Made by a program: the position numbers and the translations under genes. Positions 40,875-55,492 of a stretch of DNA of 64,000 nt are shown here, one piece after another. Position 1 is the first letter of the stretch, and every line of letters starts with the position of its first letter. The stretch is from Amoebidium appalachense (Eukaryota; Protista; Ichthyosporea): contig CAVNZM010000012.1 of assembly GCA_963693365.1 (NCBI GenBank), forward strand, positions 992,001-1,056,000, written 5' to 3'. The notes under the pieces are model-generated. The model saw only the letters and a program-made list of their open reading frames with translations, had not been told where the DNA came from and made no database searches.

Positions 40875-41483
40875 TTGTTGGTTTGTTGGTTGGGTGGGTG
40901 GGTGGTGCAGGGGCAAGGGGGGGGGGGGGCACGTGGGGGCGGCAGTCCTTTTCAAAATTTCAGACACGTCTCGAGTCCTAAGTCAAATATGTTTAGCGGC
41001 TGCCACCTACTGAGATGGCTCCTTATTTTTCCTTAAACATTCAGCGAACACTGGACTCTATCGAACCGTCGAGACGCCGCGACAGAAAGCATGCACGCGG
41101 TCGCGAGAGTGTAAGGAAACCCGTCTGCAGCGAACGTAAAGTTCATCGCAGCGCGTGCACACCGTCAGTACGTGTGAGGTTTAGCGGCATTTTCTGAGAC
41201 GTCAATGTCATGCGCTTCACGCGCAAACCATTTCATTTAGCAATGTTTGATTCGGGCGGCTACTATTGCGCCCGGTCCCTTCAGAAATGATATTCGGTTT
41301 TTGTGATGACATTGTATATACGGCCTATCAATTTACTGGATCTGCGTACCGTAATACCCGAGTAGGGCACTGCAGCGGTGAAAGTTTCCCAACAGGTCAC
41401 ACCAAAGGCCCACACGTCACTTTTGGTGGTGTGGATGGACTCCCGGATAACCTCGGGTGCGGACCACTTGATGAGGACTTGTG
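37938..41483 (-). CDS. Host tyrosine-kinase-type domain, C-lobe exons (subdomains VIII-XI); upstream exons not identified
   Basis: Exons 41350-41483 ([44 protein letters not shown]), 40470-40541 ([24 protein letters not shown]) and 39710-39832 ([20 protein letters not shown]...) have in-phase AG/GT boundaries. A tentative last exon is 37938-37955. Confidence 0.8.
38469..39628. repeat. Copy of the dispersed ~390-bp intronic repeat family, split by a MITE
   Basis: 38469-38663 and 39412-39628 match the two halves of 60738-61126. Confidence 0.75.
38664..39411. mobile_element. Non-autonomous TIR element (MITE, Tc1/mariner-type TA target)
   Basis: 14-bp TIRs CACGAGTTCGCAAT / ATTGCGAACTTGTG (13/14 match) with TA on both sides. 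It interrupts a repeat that is contiguous elsewhere in the window. Confidence 0.7.
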
Positions 41484-41755
41484 CTGTTTGGACATGTTGT
41501 CAAGGGTGCCAAAGCGTATTCCCCGCTATGAAACATTTCGAATATTGTCAGTATTTTAGAGAACCGTCACCTCTGTTTACCATGTAAATAGTCATTATCC
41601 TATAGTTTCTTGTGGCAACCATGCAATTCAAAAACAGTAAATGTTGGAATACGTATCGACGTAGGCCAGCAAGAGACTTGAAGTATGTGTATGTGTCTTA
41701 GATTTGTTTGTATTCGTGTCTTGTTTTCTCCTTTGTGCTCTCTTCCTTTCCCCCC

Positions 41756-41790
<35 letters not shown>

Positions 41791-41882
41791 CCCCCCCCCC
41801 CCCCCCTCAGGGCAAAGGTTTTGTTCCCCGTCCTTTTGGGTTTCTAGCTTTCCTTTTTTTCTTTCCCCCCTCCTTTTCTGGG

Positions 41883-41932
<50 letters not shown>

Positions 41933-42521
41933 GGGATGCCGCAGTGCTTACTCACGATACACAAATGGATGGATGAAGGAAAAGTATTCCAGAATTCATG
42001 GTATATCATACTTTCTTACACCACCACCTGAACCGTCTGCAACCTCGGTCAGGTTTAAACACTTAACGTAATTGCAGATTGCACAGTGTTGGAATTGTAT
42101 TTCTGTTTCCGCAACGTCGCGCCAGCCTCACGTGATATCCGTTGATGGCCCCAGGCCATCAAAGTTCAGATTACAAGCGCCCCACCAGGCACGGAAGATC
42201 CCAGCACCTTCTACAAATACAAGGCACATGCTAAAAATAGATACAAAAGCTACGACCATAGAGCCAGTCCTTCATGCAATCGATCAGTCATTTGTAAACA
42301 CTGCTGCATCCCCCCCGCCCTCCCCCCCCCCCCCCCCCCCCCCTCCCCCCCCCTCCCCCCTCCCCCCACCTATCACAATCCCTCCCCATCCCCCTTCCAT
42401 GAAAAGTAGTAATAATAATAAAATAACAGTTATAAGCCAAAGAACACCAACACCCCAAACCGGGGAACAGCAAAAAGCTTTGACCTGCAATTCGTGCCAT
42501 AAGGCATATGCGTGATGCGGA

Positions 42522-42565
<44 letters not shown>

Positions 42566-42966
42566 GGGGGGGGGGGGGGGGAGAGGGGAAGACAGCACGA
42601 AACAAAGCAAGGCATATGCATCGGTACAAGGGAAACCAGAGAGGAGGGCGATTTCAAGCACCCACTGCTGGGACAAGAAAACTCACACATAGATAACGAG
42701 GGTAATAGCATAGGTGTAGCCAAAAGCTGCAAGATGTAAAAGCACCAGGTTGATACTGTACATCATCGTCAGATAGCAAAAACAAAACGAACAAACACCA
42801 ACCTGACGTTGATACGGTACAAGAATATATTACACCAAACAGAGTGGTAGTTGCTTAATGTTAAGAGCATGTCAAGGTTAAAAAAAAAAAACCAAAAAAA
42901 CCTTCGGAATTAGCTAATCAACGTACGGTAAACCTATCACAAAAATACAAGCTTCATTCGGGTTTG

Positions 42967-43389
42967 TTAGTAGTCGCTGTTGCCCTGACCATAAGCCATG
43001 TACTGGCACAAGATGGCCAGGTCCAAGGGTATGCATCCGAGACTGTGGAAGGATGGGTGTATAAGTAATATTAAAAACGATGGTTATTATATGTATAACA
43101 ATAGCAACAACAACCACAATAACTGACAAGGACGACAAAATAAAAAGCAAAGTCGACACGTCGGGCATCGCGAGACAAGAACGATAGATAAAAGTTGTGT
43201 GACAGCACTAATTGCGTACGAGCCATGAGGAAATCGAGAGAAAAGTGAAAAACACATGTTTGCATCCCCCCTCCCCCCCCCCCCCCCCCCCCCCCCCCCT
43301 CCCCTCCCTCCCCTCCTCCTCCACCCAACCACGCAAATCAAATAAACACCACACACACACACACAAAGACACACGCACAAACACAAACA

Positions 43390-43455
<66 letters not shown>

Positions 43456-43563
43456 GACACACACACACAAACACACAAACACCGATACCCATGCCCATAC
43501 TACCCTGCCATCCACACGCCCGCCCGCCTGCCCACCTGCCCACCTGCCCACCTGCCCACCCAT

Positions 43564-43600
<37 letters not shown>

Positions 43601-43706
43601 ACATACACACACACAGACACACACACACACAAACACCGATACCCATGCCCACACTACCCTGCAATCCACATGCCCGCCTGCCCACCTGCCCACCCACCCA
43701 CCCATC

Positions 43707-43737
<31 letters not shown>

Positions 43738-45278
43738 GAATACCCACCCACCCACCTGCCCACCTAACCACCCTTCCCCCCTCCTCCCCTCCCCACCTCC
43801 CTTTCCACACTCACCAACCCATTGACCCCTCCCCCCCCTCCCCCCCCCCCCACACACCCCCACCGGCCCCTTCCCCCCCCCCCCCCCCCCCCTCCCCCCC
43901 CTTTCCCTCTCCTGCCCACACCCACCTACCCACCCACCCACCCCCCCCCCCTCCCACCCACCAAACCCTCCCCCCTCCCCCCGTGCACACACACCCATTC
44001 ACCAACCAACGTCCCCCCCCCTCCCCCCTCCCCGTTAGCCCCCACCCACCCATCCCCCACCCTCCCTCTACCCCCCCCCCCCCCCCCCCCCACATCCACC
44101 CATCCACCCCCCCCCCTCCCCCTCCTTCCCCCCTCCCCCCACCCACCCCCCCCCCCCCCTCCTTCCCCCCTCCCCCACCCACCCACCCATCCCCCCTCCG
44201 CCCCTATCCCCCTCCCCCCTCTCCCCACCCACCCACCCACCCAAACCCCCCCCCCTCCCCCCCCTCCCCCCCCCCCCCCCCACCCACCCTTGCTCCCCTC
44301 CCCCTCCAACCCCCCTTCACGCACACACACACACACACGTACAAACACACACACACACACCTGCCGACCAGCCATGGGACCTTCTCCTGCAAGTCTATCC
44401 ACTCTGTCGACCACAGCAGTATAGCTATGGCGTAGCACATGTTGCCAAATAGACCACACCACAGAACAAACGACGCTATTCCCACCATCTGTGTATATGT
44501 GTGTGTGTGATTGAAATGGGTCAGAATATACCATCTGTGTATATGTGTGTGTGATTGAAACAGGTCAGATTCTATCATAAATACCGCAATCTCAAAAAAA
44601 AAATTGCATCGTCCAATAATTCACGCACGATCTGACTGATTAGCCAAATATAGAGATTTGGGCGGGAAGTTTTGGCAGGCAAACAAAAAGGTTTTTATAA
44701 AACGAACAAAAAAAGTAGGAATATGTGCATACGTGTGTGCGGTTGCAATAGGTCAGAATGTGCATGTATACTTCGGATAAACAAGGGCCATATGGAAACA
44801 ACGGAAAAAACATCAGAAACAGACCCCACCACAGCACCAATGACTACTACTTCCACCATCTTTGCATGTCTGTGTTTGTCTTTAAAACGGGCCAGAATGT
44901 AGAATATTTGCAGGACTTATGGTGAGTGTGTGGTCACTTCGTTGTTACATGTGCAATGTGGTTCAACGGGTCAGAGTATAAGGTAACAACACAACAATTT
45001 ATTTGTGTTTGACAAACATTTATTTGTGTTTGAATAAAAACAACAACATTGCATGTGACAGTCGAGTTAGGCGGAGCGGACAGGTCACAACACACACAGA
45101 GATTGCATGAAAAAGACGCAGTGTGAGAGAGCTTTGCCAAAAAGTAAACAAGGATTGGTGTGTTTGGTTAAAAATAGTGCATGTGAATAGCTTGAGCCAT
45201 GCCCGCACACTTTGGGTATCACAGTTACGGGTGGAAGAGTGCAAGGTAATCCCCCCCCCCCCCCCCCCTCCCCCCCCC

Positions 45279-45310
<32 letters not shown>

Positions 45311-45557
45311 ACACACACACAAAAAAAAAAAAAAAGGTTTTTGCACCTTTTAACTTGCCACTCCCCTCCAACCACCTCCCCCTCCTCAGCCCATCCCCCC
45401 CCTCTCCCCCCCCCCCCCCCCCCCCCTCCCCAGGCCCTCTTCCTCTCTCGTACTGTCCTGGGAATTTTGTTTCCTTTTCTTTCTTTCGTTTTTTTTTTTT
45501 TTTTTTTTTTTTTCCCCTTCTTTTTTAGGATGGGTGGGTGGGTGGGTGGGTGGGTGG

Positions 45558-45607
<50 letters not shown>

Positions 45608-45704
45608 CGTACCTTACAGGAACGACGTACACACTAAGGGACCGAGAAATAAATGTTCGGGTTTTTTTTTAAACCATAGTCGCATGCAGAGTCCATGTCA
45701 TGGC

Positions 45705-45784
<80 letters not shown>

Positions 45785-45803
45785 GGTGGTGGTGGTGGTT
45801 GCG

Positions 45804-45874
<71 letters not shown>

Positions 45875-46685
45875 TATACAGAATGAGTTCATGTTAGGCC
45901 CTATCCACACTCCCTTGCTTGTGCTTGCTTAAAATTGCTGGTGCGTGTGTGTGTGTGCGTGTGCGCGCGCGCGCGTGTTTTTCGGGCAATTGAGTGGACG
46001 TCTGCACGTGTGTGTTCTTGTGGTGTGCATGCACGTGTGTGTTCTTGTGGTGTGCATGCACGTGTGTGTCCTTGTGGTGTGCATGCACGTGTGTGTTCTT
46101 GTGGTGTGCATGCACGTGTGTGTCCTTGTGGTGTGCATGCACGTGTGTGTCCTTGTGGTGTGCATGCACGTGTGTGTCCTTGTGGTGTGCATGCACGTGT
46201 GTGTCCTTGTGGTGTGCATGCACTTATGCTAACACTCACGTGTGAGTGTGTCGACATAGGCACGGGTGTGTACTGACATGGTGTGTGGGCACCTCCTATG
46301 CTAACGCCCTTTCATGCTTTCGTTTTGGGTGTGTTTGTCTCCTATCCATGTGTATTCGTGTCTGTGTGTGTGTGTAAGTTGTTTTTGGGTGTATGTGCAT
46401 GTGTGTGCACGTGTGTGTGGGCGCCCGTAGAGAAAGGGGAGGGAGGGAGGGAGGGAGGGAGGGAGGGAGGGAGGAAACAAGGAGAGGGAGAGAGGGAGAG
46501 ATGGAGAAGAATAGAGAAAGAGAGGAGAAGAGAGTGGGGAGAAGGGGGGGGGGGGGGGGGGGGGGATGGGGGAGAGAGAAGGAGAGAGGGACGGAGAAAG
46601 AAAGAGAGAGAGGGGGGGTGGAGGGGGGAGAAAGAGAGGGAGAGGGAGAGGAGAAGGAAGAGAGCGGGAAAGAGATGGAGAGAAA

Positions 46686-46781
<96 letters not shown>

Positions 46782-47117
46782 AGAGCAAGAGCAAGAGCTC
46801 CGAGCGCGCGACGGAGAAAGAAAGAGAAGGGACGGAAGAGAGAGAGAGTGAGAAGAGAGAGAAGCGGAGAAAGGAAGACAACGAGAGATGGAGACAGACA
46901 CAGAAAGAGAAAATGTGTTGTTGTGTCCATATGTGTGTGAGCACACGCATGAGTGAGGTTGCATGTACACATACGTTCTTTACAAGCTGAGGTACTCTCC
47001 CAAACAGGTAGATTGCTGCCGACACCCAGCCCAGGCCAAACCCAACCATGCACTCTCCATAGTCCTCACCAACACACAGCCCTCCCTCGGGCTTGGGCTT
47101 TCCCTGTGTGTGTGTGT

Positions 47118-47167
<50 letters not shown>

Positions 47168-47173
47168 GTGTGC

Positions 47174-47214
<41 letters not shown>

Positions 47215-47482
47215 TGTGTATGTGTGTGTGTATGCACGATGTGTGAAAATGCAGGTGTGTGTGCTTGTGTATTTGTGTGTATATGCTGTGTGTGCGCGCG
47301 CGGGCGGGCAGAGGGGGAGGAGGGAAGGGTTGGTGGGGCAAGGGGGGTGTCTCAGTCTGCAGATCAAGTCGACCGTGAAGGGGACGGGGAGGAAGGCATG
47401 TTACCGTACAGAACACGCACATCCACCATACTGCAAACACACCATACACACACACACACACGCCCGCACGCGCACGCGCGCA

Positions 47483-47569
<87 letters not shown>

Positions 47570-47595
47570 CACACACGCACACACGCACGCACGCA

Positions 47596-47650
<55 letters not shown>

Positions 47651-48151
47651 GACAGACACGCACACACATATATATGTGCTACTGCTATACATCATGTCCA
47701 TCAACAAACCCCCCCCCCCCCCCAAAAAAAAAAAAAAAAAAAAAAAAACACACACACCTCTTCCCTCGGTAGGACAGTGTGAAAAAGATAATAAAAGAAA
47801 GAACGGAGGTGGTGTGTGTGTGTGTGTTTTGGGGGGGGGGGGGGGGGGGGTGGGAGGGCACCCGTTTCCTCTCAGGTGCTCTAACCATTAAACAATCGGG
47901 TAGCCATGCGTCCAAACAGACATCTCTGTGCGGGAAAAACACTCGCCAACACTACCAGTACCCTTCCCTCAGAATGCAGGGAATGAAAAAGGGGGGGAGG
48001 GGGGGGGTGGCCGGGGGTGGCCGGGGGGGGGGGGGGGGGGGGTCAGGAGTGGGGAGGGGGGTTAACTTCCCACACCCAATCCCCACCATCCTTTCAACCC
48101 TTTATTAAACACTTAGCCATCCGTTTAGACAGTGAGCCCCCCCCCCCCCCC

Positions 48152-48188
<37 letters not shown>

Positions 48189-48568
48189 AAACAAACAAAC
48201 AAACAAACAAACAAACAAACAAACAAACAAACAAAAAAAAAAATCGCTCACCAACGCCAGCAGAACTCTCCCCGTAGCATGCATGTCCGTGCCTGCCTGT
48301 AGCTGCCACCTGACTGCCTGTGTGCCCACTAGCAGGGATGCACTCACTAGCAGGCACATGCCCACCATACTGACGGGGGTGTTGGGGTGCCGTGACTGTG
48401 CAAGTAGATGTTAGCTGTGTATGTACTTCTCGTTTTTTTGTTTTTTTTTTGTCTCTTTCTTTTTTCTTTTCTTTACGCCCTTACTTTTTCCTTTTTTTTT
48501 TTTTTTTTTTTTTTTTTGAGGCCCCCTCCCCCCTCCCCCTGCCCCCTTCCCTCTAGCCTACCCCCCAA

Positions 48569-48602
<34 letters not shown>

Positions 48603-49294
48603 CGGGGGAAATGTACTTCTCATTTGTTTTTTTGACACTTTCTTTTCTTTACTTCCTTACTTTTTTTTTTTTGAGGCCCCCTCCCCCCTCCCCCCTCCCC
48701 CCTTCCCTCCAGCCTACCCCCCCCCCCCTCCCCCCCCCCCCCCCCCCCCCCCCCAGAAAAAAAAAAAAACACACACACACACTTCTCCGGTAGTACATCA
48801 TCATATACGTGTGGTGTATGTTTCTACATCATTCGAAGTGGTGCACCGAATTCTCCTTATGCGACTTTGTGCTCTGTTCAGTGCTTAGTCAAGCTTCCCC
48901 CCCCCCCCCCCCCTCCCCCCCCCCCCCCCCCCCCCCCCTCCTCCTTCTCCTCCTTCCCCTCAACCATCACCACCACCACCCAGCCATCCACCTGCCTGCC
49001 CAGTTTTTCTTTTCAAGTCTAGGTCTGAGGCCGAAGGATAAGAGCAGCCGACTCACAACTAAAAATCCTTGAATCATATTAAATCTCGCAACTATAATTC
49101 TTTTAATTCTATAATCAAATGATCATACGATTGCTAACATACATGGTTGCATCCGTGCATACACTTTGACCGTGTGTGTGTGTTGTGTGGGTGGTAGCAG
49201 TCTAGAGCAAACACCCTCCCTCTGCTGTCTTTCTTGTGGATGTGTGTACGCGTACAGGGTGTTTTTTTTTTCTCCCCCCCCCCCCCCCCCCCTC

Positions 49295-49332
<38 letters not shown>

Positions 49333-49520
49333 CCGTCCCTATCTATTTGTTCCTTTCTCTCACAGCTCTTATCAATATCCCATTTCTATGTCACAACAAC
49401 CCAAATATGCACTCTGACTGATCAACCTTATCAAGCCCCCCCCCTCACACCTACCCCCCTCGAATCTCCCGTTGTGCGTACCCCACCCCCACCCCCCCCT
49501 CCCTTCTCCCCCCTCCCCAA

Positions 49521-49567
<47 letters not shown>

Positions 49568-49912
49568 AAGTTTTTATAAAACAACAAACAAGGTAGGAAT
49601 ATTGTGGTGATTAAAGGTGAGAGCACAACTTACCCGTTCAGGCTGCTGGGTTCTTTCGTTAAAGAACACGAACAAAGACCTCTCCTGATTGGCTACCGTC
49701 GTGCTTCCGTACTCCACCAGACCCCCCTCCCTGCACCCCACCCCTTCCAAAGTCAGCGCTACAAGCCTCCTCCCCCCCCCTCCCCCCTCTCCCCCCCTGC
49801 GCTACCAAACGCACTTAGAAATGCCCCACCAATCACAAAAATTACCACTATGCCCCTCATCCAATCCCCCCCCCCCCCCCCCCCCCTCCTCATCCTCCTG
49901 CCCCACCGCTGC

Positions 49913-49944
<32 letters not shown>

Positions 49945-50290
49945 CGCGCACAAACTCCACCAACACAAACACAACTACCATGCCCCCCCCCCCCCCCCCC
50001 CCCCTGCCCGCCCCTCCCCCCCCCCCCCCCCCCCCCTCCCTCTTCCCACATTCCCCCCTGCCAGTATGCTCCATTTTCGATTAGGAAGCTCCCTCCAGGT
50101 GAATCATTCCCGTTCATTCCCGAACTCCCACTGCTCCCCTCTTATAGCTCACCCTGGTGTTCCCTCTGTCCTCACCTGACCTCTAATGGACCTGCTTCTC
50201 CCACAAACCCCATTTATACCCCCCAAGACACGCAACACCACAACACAGTCAACCCAAACCAAACAGACATAGACACATGCATTCACACAA

Positions 50291-50355
<65 letters not shown>

Positions 50356-51156
50356 CGCACACAACTCCTATCCCTCCCTTCCCTCCCCGGTCCACCTTGC
50401 CGATCCCACCCCATTTATGAAATTGCACCCACCCCCCCCCCCCTCCCCCCCCCCCCCCCTCCCCCCCCCCGGGGGCTCAGACGCGCGCACACACACACAC
50501 ACACCACACCACACAAACCATCCCCTTCTCCCCCCCTCCCCTCCCAAACACACTCACCTCAAAAGAGAAAGAGGAGGGGCGGGACAAACGACCAGAACCC
50601 CAAACACACCCCTTTCCGTCCCACCACAAACACCACCAATCCCCATTACCTATCACTAACCCCACGGAAAACAAGCCACCCGAACATTTCTCAAACAACA
50701 TACACGCACGCACGCATGCACTCACCGCACGCACGCACGCACGCACGCACCGCACGCACCGCACGCACGCACGCACGCACGCACGCACACACAACATACG
50801 TGTGTGTAGCCACTGTATTGAGCAGGGACCCAGCAGGTGAGTAATATTCCCTCGGTGTGTTTCCAAAACTCGAAGCAATAGAGAGACCCCCGTCCTCAAA
50901 AGATGACATCTCGGAAAGCCTGTTTCGTTGCGGTATGGGTGCTGGAAGGAAAAACATCAGCATACTGAGGACATGGCGATATGATATTAAAACAGTTCCT
51001 GTCGGGAGCCTTTTCCTCGCTTCAATCCTGCCTCCGTCCCATCCTCCCCCTCCCCCTCCCCTCCCTTCCTTTTCAGCATTACCATTCCATGACCCCTTCC
51101 CCCCCCCTCCCCCCCCAAAACCTCCCCATCCCAACCCCCACCCCCCCATCCCCCCC

Positions 51157-51224
<68 letters not shown>

Positions 51225-51771
51225 GGGGAAAGTGTATCAGTGAAAAAGGGCCTAAAGATTTTTTTTGGGAGGGGGTGGGGAGGAGAGATCCACTACGTTT
51301 GGGCACACCAAGATAGTCATCCGATCCTTCCAAGGACATACGTGAGTTTATAGCAGCAAAATATTGTGTATGTGTGTGGGAAGGAGGGCGGGGGAGGGAG
51401 GGGGGGGGAGAAGGGGGGGGGGGGGGGGGGGGGAGGAGGGGGAGACAGTCAGGAGAAAGGCAGAACAAAGGGTGCAGGGGAAGGCGGGAAAAGGGAGGGG
51501 CAGGGGGGGGGGGGGGGGGTCCGGCAAGTAGAGGAGTTGGGATAACGTTACCCGAAGCAGCAATTGGTCGCGGAACCATGAACCAATCACCATCATGCTC
51601 CTCCATATGCACTATCAGGGGGTCCGATTCCCGTACGGGGGGGTCCAATAGGGCCTTATCAAAGGACCCCACAAAGCAGTCGTAGTAGATGATCTGCCCT
51701 ACGAGGGTCAGGTCGTAGAGGAGAAACCACACGGCTAGGTATACCTGTATTGGGGGTGCGGGGAGGGGGGG

Positions 51772-51810
<39 letters not shown>

Positions 51811-51887
51811 GGGGGAGAAAGAAAAAACCGAAATAGAATATAGAAAGAGGAAAGGAAAACAAACAAACAAAAAGGAAAATGAGGGGG

Positions 51888-51922
<35 letters not shown>

Positions 51923-52288
51923 GGAAGGAAAAAGAAAACAAGGAAAAAAGAAGACAAAGAAAAGAAACGGGAAAAGCAAAGGGAAATGTGTTAGAGCGGA
52001 TGGGTGAGTAGGCAAGGGGGAGGAAGGTAAATGCGTTAGACATTGTGGGGGGGGGGAGGGTTTGCCCTTTGAATATATTAAACGTTCTTGACATTGGGTG
52101 TTTTTATCTTAACACCCCCCCCCCCCTTCCCCCCCTCCCCCCTCCCCCATGCATACACACACAACCGCAAACAATATTATCACTCCTTCCGTTCAGCATC
52201 CCCCTGCATCTTTCAGTGTGTCCCCTCCCCCCCCCCCCCTCCCCCCCTCCCCCCCCTCCCCGAGCCCTCTCTTCGCCCCCCCCTCTCC

Positions 52289-52322
<34 letters not shown>

Positions 52323-52395
52323 TCAAAAAAATGAGCCCCGCCTTCCACGTAATCTTCTCGAAGTCACTGAATTCCACAACCGAGGAGAGGGTAGG

Positions 52396-52426
<31 letters not shown>

Positions 52427-52607
52427 GGGGGGGGGGGGAGGGGGGGGGGGGGGAGGCATGGGGCATCACAAAAGCTCCGGCGCATATAACACAAAAAAAA
52501 GGAGACTCGATCATTCCCCTTTGCATAACCACTAAGCTATGGACAGGAGAACGGGTGCAGGAGGGGAAGGGGTAGTGGCGCTGGTGTGTGTGTGTGTGTG
52601 TGTGCGT

Positions 52608-52653
<46 letters not shown>

Positions 52654-53585
52654 GTGCGTGTGTGTGTGCGCATGTGTGTGTGTTTGGAAGGGGAGAGGGA
52701 GGAGGCAGGGTGGGATTAGGTTTGGGGGGGGGGGGGGGGGGGGGGGGGGGCAGGCGCAAGAACAACCAATCAAGAATTCAAAAAAAAAAAAAAAAAAAAA
52801 AAAGAAGAAGAAGAAGCACCATCCAGAAACACCCTGACCTATCCAGAAGCAAAGAGGAAATCACGGACCTGTGTGGGCAGCTGTTCAGTCAGGAAACAAC
52901 CAACGAGGTTGCACAGGTCACCAAGCAGCCACAGCAGAACAAAAAGGAGACTCAGCCCCTGCCCACTGCGCACTAGGTGTGTCTCGTACAGCTGCCTGTG
53001 TGTGTGTGTTGAGGGGGGGGGGGGGGGGGTAAGGGGGAGGGAGGGGGGGGAGGGGGGAAGAGGTGGGGTGGTTGGGGGGAGGGGGGTACCTGTGTGTGTG
53101 CGCGTGTATGTGTGTATGTGTGTATGTGAGGGTGTACACGTGTGTGCATGCGTGTATGAGCAAGTCAGTGTCAGCAGGTGTGTGTGAAGGTGTGTGTGTA
53201 CAGATCAGTGAATAACTGTGGTGTGTTGCGGCTGTGTGGGTGTAGGTATGTATCTGATCGGGCACACACGGGTGTGTTGACAGAAAAAGGGAAGCAGAGA
53301 AAGAAGGCAACAACCTGTGTGTGTGTGCATGTGTTTAAGTTAAACTAGTGTTCATTTGTCTGTCCTGTACAACACAACTGTCCATGTGTCTCTGCTTTGT
53401 TTCTGGGGGTGTGTGTAAATTTATGTGTGTGTGTATGCAAAAAAATCCAAAGCTCAAATATGTCATGTCCCGCATGTATGCGAGTCGCGCAATTGTTCAT
53501 CTTCTAAGGCAGGCAAGGCAAGTCATTTGAGAATGTCCGAGAAGCGACCAGGGGCGAGAGGGGTGAGGGCGAAAAAAAAGTGTGT

Positions 53586-53616
<31 letters not shown>

Positions 53617-53868
53617 GGGGGGGGAAGGGAGGGGGGAGGGGAGGGGGGGGGGGAGGGGGGGGAAGGGGGAGGGAGGGAGGGGGGGAAGGGGGGGGGGGGG
53701 GGGGCTCGTTGCACATCAGAATTCAGACTCTTCGCTCTGAAAGCAAGTGCATTTTTCAAACGGTATTCTCTGTACATTCAAACATAAAAGATCAAAAACT
53801 TACGGTAGACCGTAGAGCACCCAGAAGCCAACACTGGCAATGCCCGCCGCTGTCGACGCCTCCACCAT
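42967..53868 (-). CDS. Host PQ-loop repeat transporter (PQLC2/Ypq-like lysosomal amino-acid transporter), multi-exon
   Basis: Exons 53804-53868 ([22 protein letters not shown]), 52869-52995 ([42 protein letters not shown]), ~51552-51744 ([21 protein letters not shown]), 46975-47103 ([19 protein letters not shown]), 45613-45633, 44361-44488 ([11 protein letters not shown]...VPWLVG) and 42967-43042 ([14 protein letters not shown]..stop). Exons of the central loop are unresolved. Confidence 0.88.
46004..46223. repeat. Intronic 27-bp minisatellite, ~8 copies (GCACGTGTGTGTYCTTGTGGTGTGCAT)
   Basis: Directly visible tandem units. Confidence 0.9.
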
Positions 53869-55449
53869 CCTTCCTTCTTGCTAAGCCAGCACAGCACGAA
53901 TTATATGTGGGAGAGGTGGCACAGGGACTGTGTATATTTAGAACGGAGAAAAAAAGTGTAACTATCTCTAGTCATTGAAACCATGAGCAATGACTCGATG
54001 TCTCGTTCCTATTCTAATGACGTGCAAAGAAAGTCAAAGCCCGAAATATAAAGAGCTTGTTTGAAAGCAACCATAGGCTAGGATTGGCACCGCCACATTA
54101 CACAGATTGAAGAGCTTCCCAGCAAAAAATGTGGCAGCAATCGCGGTCTTATTACCATAAAGACCTGAAAAGATATTAAACTAAGCACTATGCAGCGCAA
54201 TGTGCTTAGTCAGAGGCTGGCTCCATCAAACAAGTGCCATGGCCACCTTGTTCAAATTTCTCCAACGTTCATGTTTTCTTGTCTTGTTTCAGAGTGAAAA
54301 TGCGTCAGCCGTTTGCGCATTTGTGACTGCCTGAGAACGCGACTCGATTCGAGCTAAAGTTTACTGTGGATTACCCGATTCGAAATTTAACGGCTGCAAA
54401 ACCAATTTCAGCTCAACGTATAGGCACGGTTATCCTTTAAAACTCGAAAAATTATTTCAATAAAGTTCAATTTTTTGCAATTCTCTTGTAGCATTGTTGT
54501 GTACCTCGTGTACCTGATGTAGACGCCTAAATGCCACCTTGTAACGCAGGTCATTCCAGTGACCTTTCCTACCCGGGCCATTGGTCATGACCCGATTAGG
54601 TATACTTTGCGCGGCTCATGACTTTCGAACCAGCTTTTGACTAAAAACATTTTATTGGCTACGATATTTTCCTTACCAAACCTCCAAAACTCCAACAGCC
54701 TATTAATTCACTTATTTTTTTCTTTCAGATTTCAAGGCATATCATCATAACGTGTAGCTTTATATGTATTTTACCCTATAGTAATTCTCGTCCACAAAAG
54801 GGGTTTTTCTGTGTGAAGAATAAGGGTTTGAGTTTTATGTTACAATAACCCCCTTTGTCTACAGACTTTCACACAGAAACTCGGAGTCGGGGATTCGGGG
54901 TTCAAGACCTCAAGTATAAAAATGGAAAAAATTAAGCTCTGAAAATCGAGGCTAGTGTTCTGAACACCCAACCAGGGTTGGTTTAGGGGGTTCTTGTTGA
55001 GAGCAAGCTTCCGCCATAAGGGCATTGATAAGGCTTTTTTTCAGACTCTCTCTCCTCAGTCTCTCCCAAGGCCCTTCTCTCTCTCCCTCCGTCCCTCCCT
55101 CCCTCTCCCCCCGTCCCTCCCTGCTTCCCTCCGCCCCTCCCTCCCTCCCCGCCCCTCCCTCCCTCCCTCCCCCCCCCCTCACCTCTTCCCCCTCTCCCTC
55201 CCGGCCCCTCCCTCCCTCCCTCCCGGCCCCTCCCTCTCGCTCCCTCCCCCCTCCCTCTCCCTCTCCCTCTCCCTCTCCCTCTCCCTCTCCCTCTCCCTCC
55301 CTCTCCCTCTCCCTCTCCCTCTCCCTCTCCCCCTACCTCTCCCCCTTCCCCCTCCCTCCCCCTCCCCCTCCCCCTCCCTCTCCCCCTCCCCCTCCCCCCC
55401 CTCCCTCCTCCCCTCCCCCTCCCCCTCCCCCCTCCCCTCCCTCTCTCCC

Positions 55450-55492
<43 letters not shown>

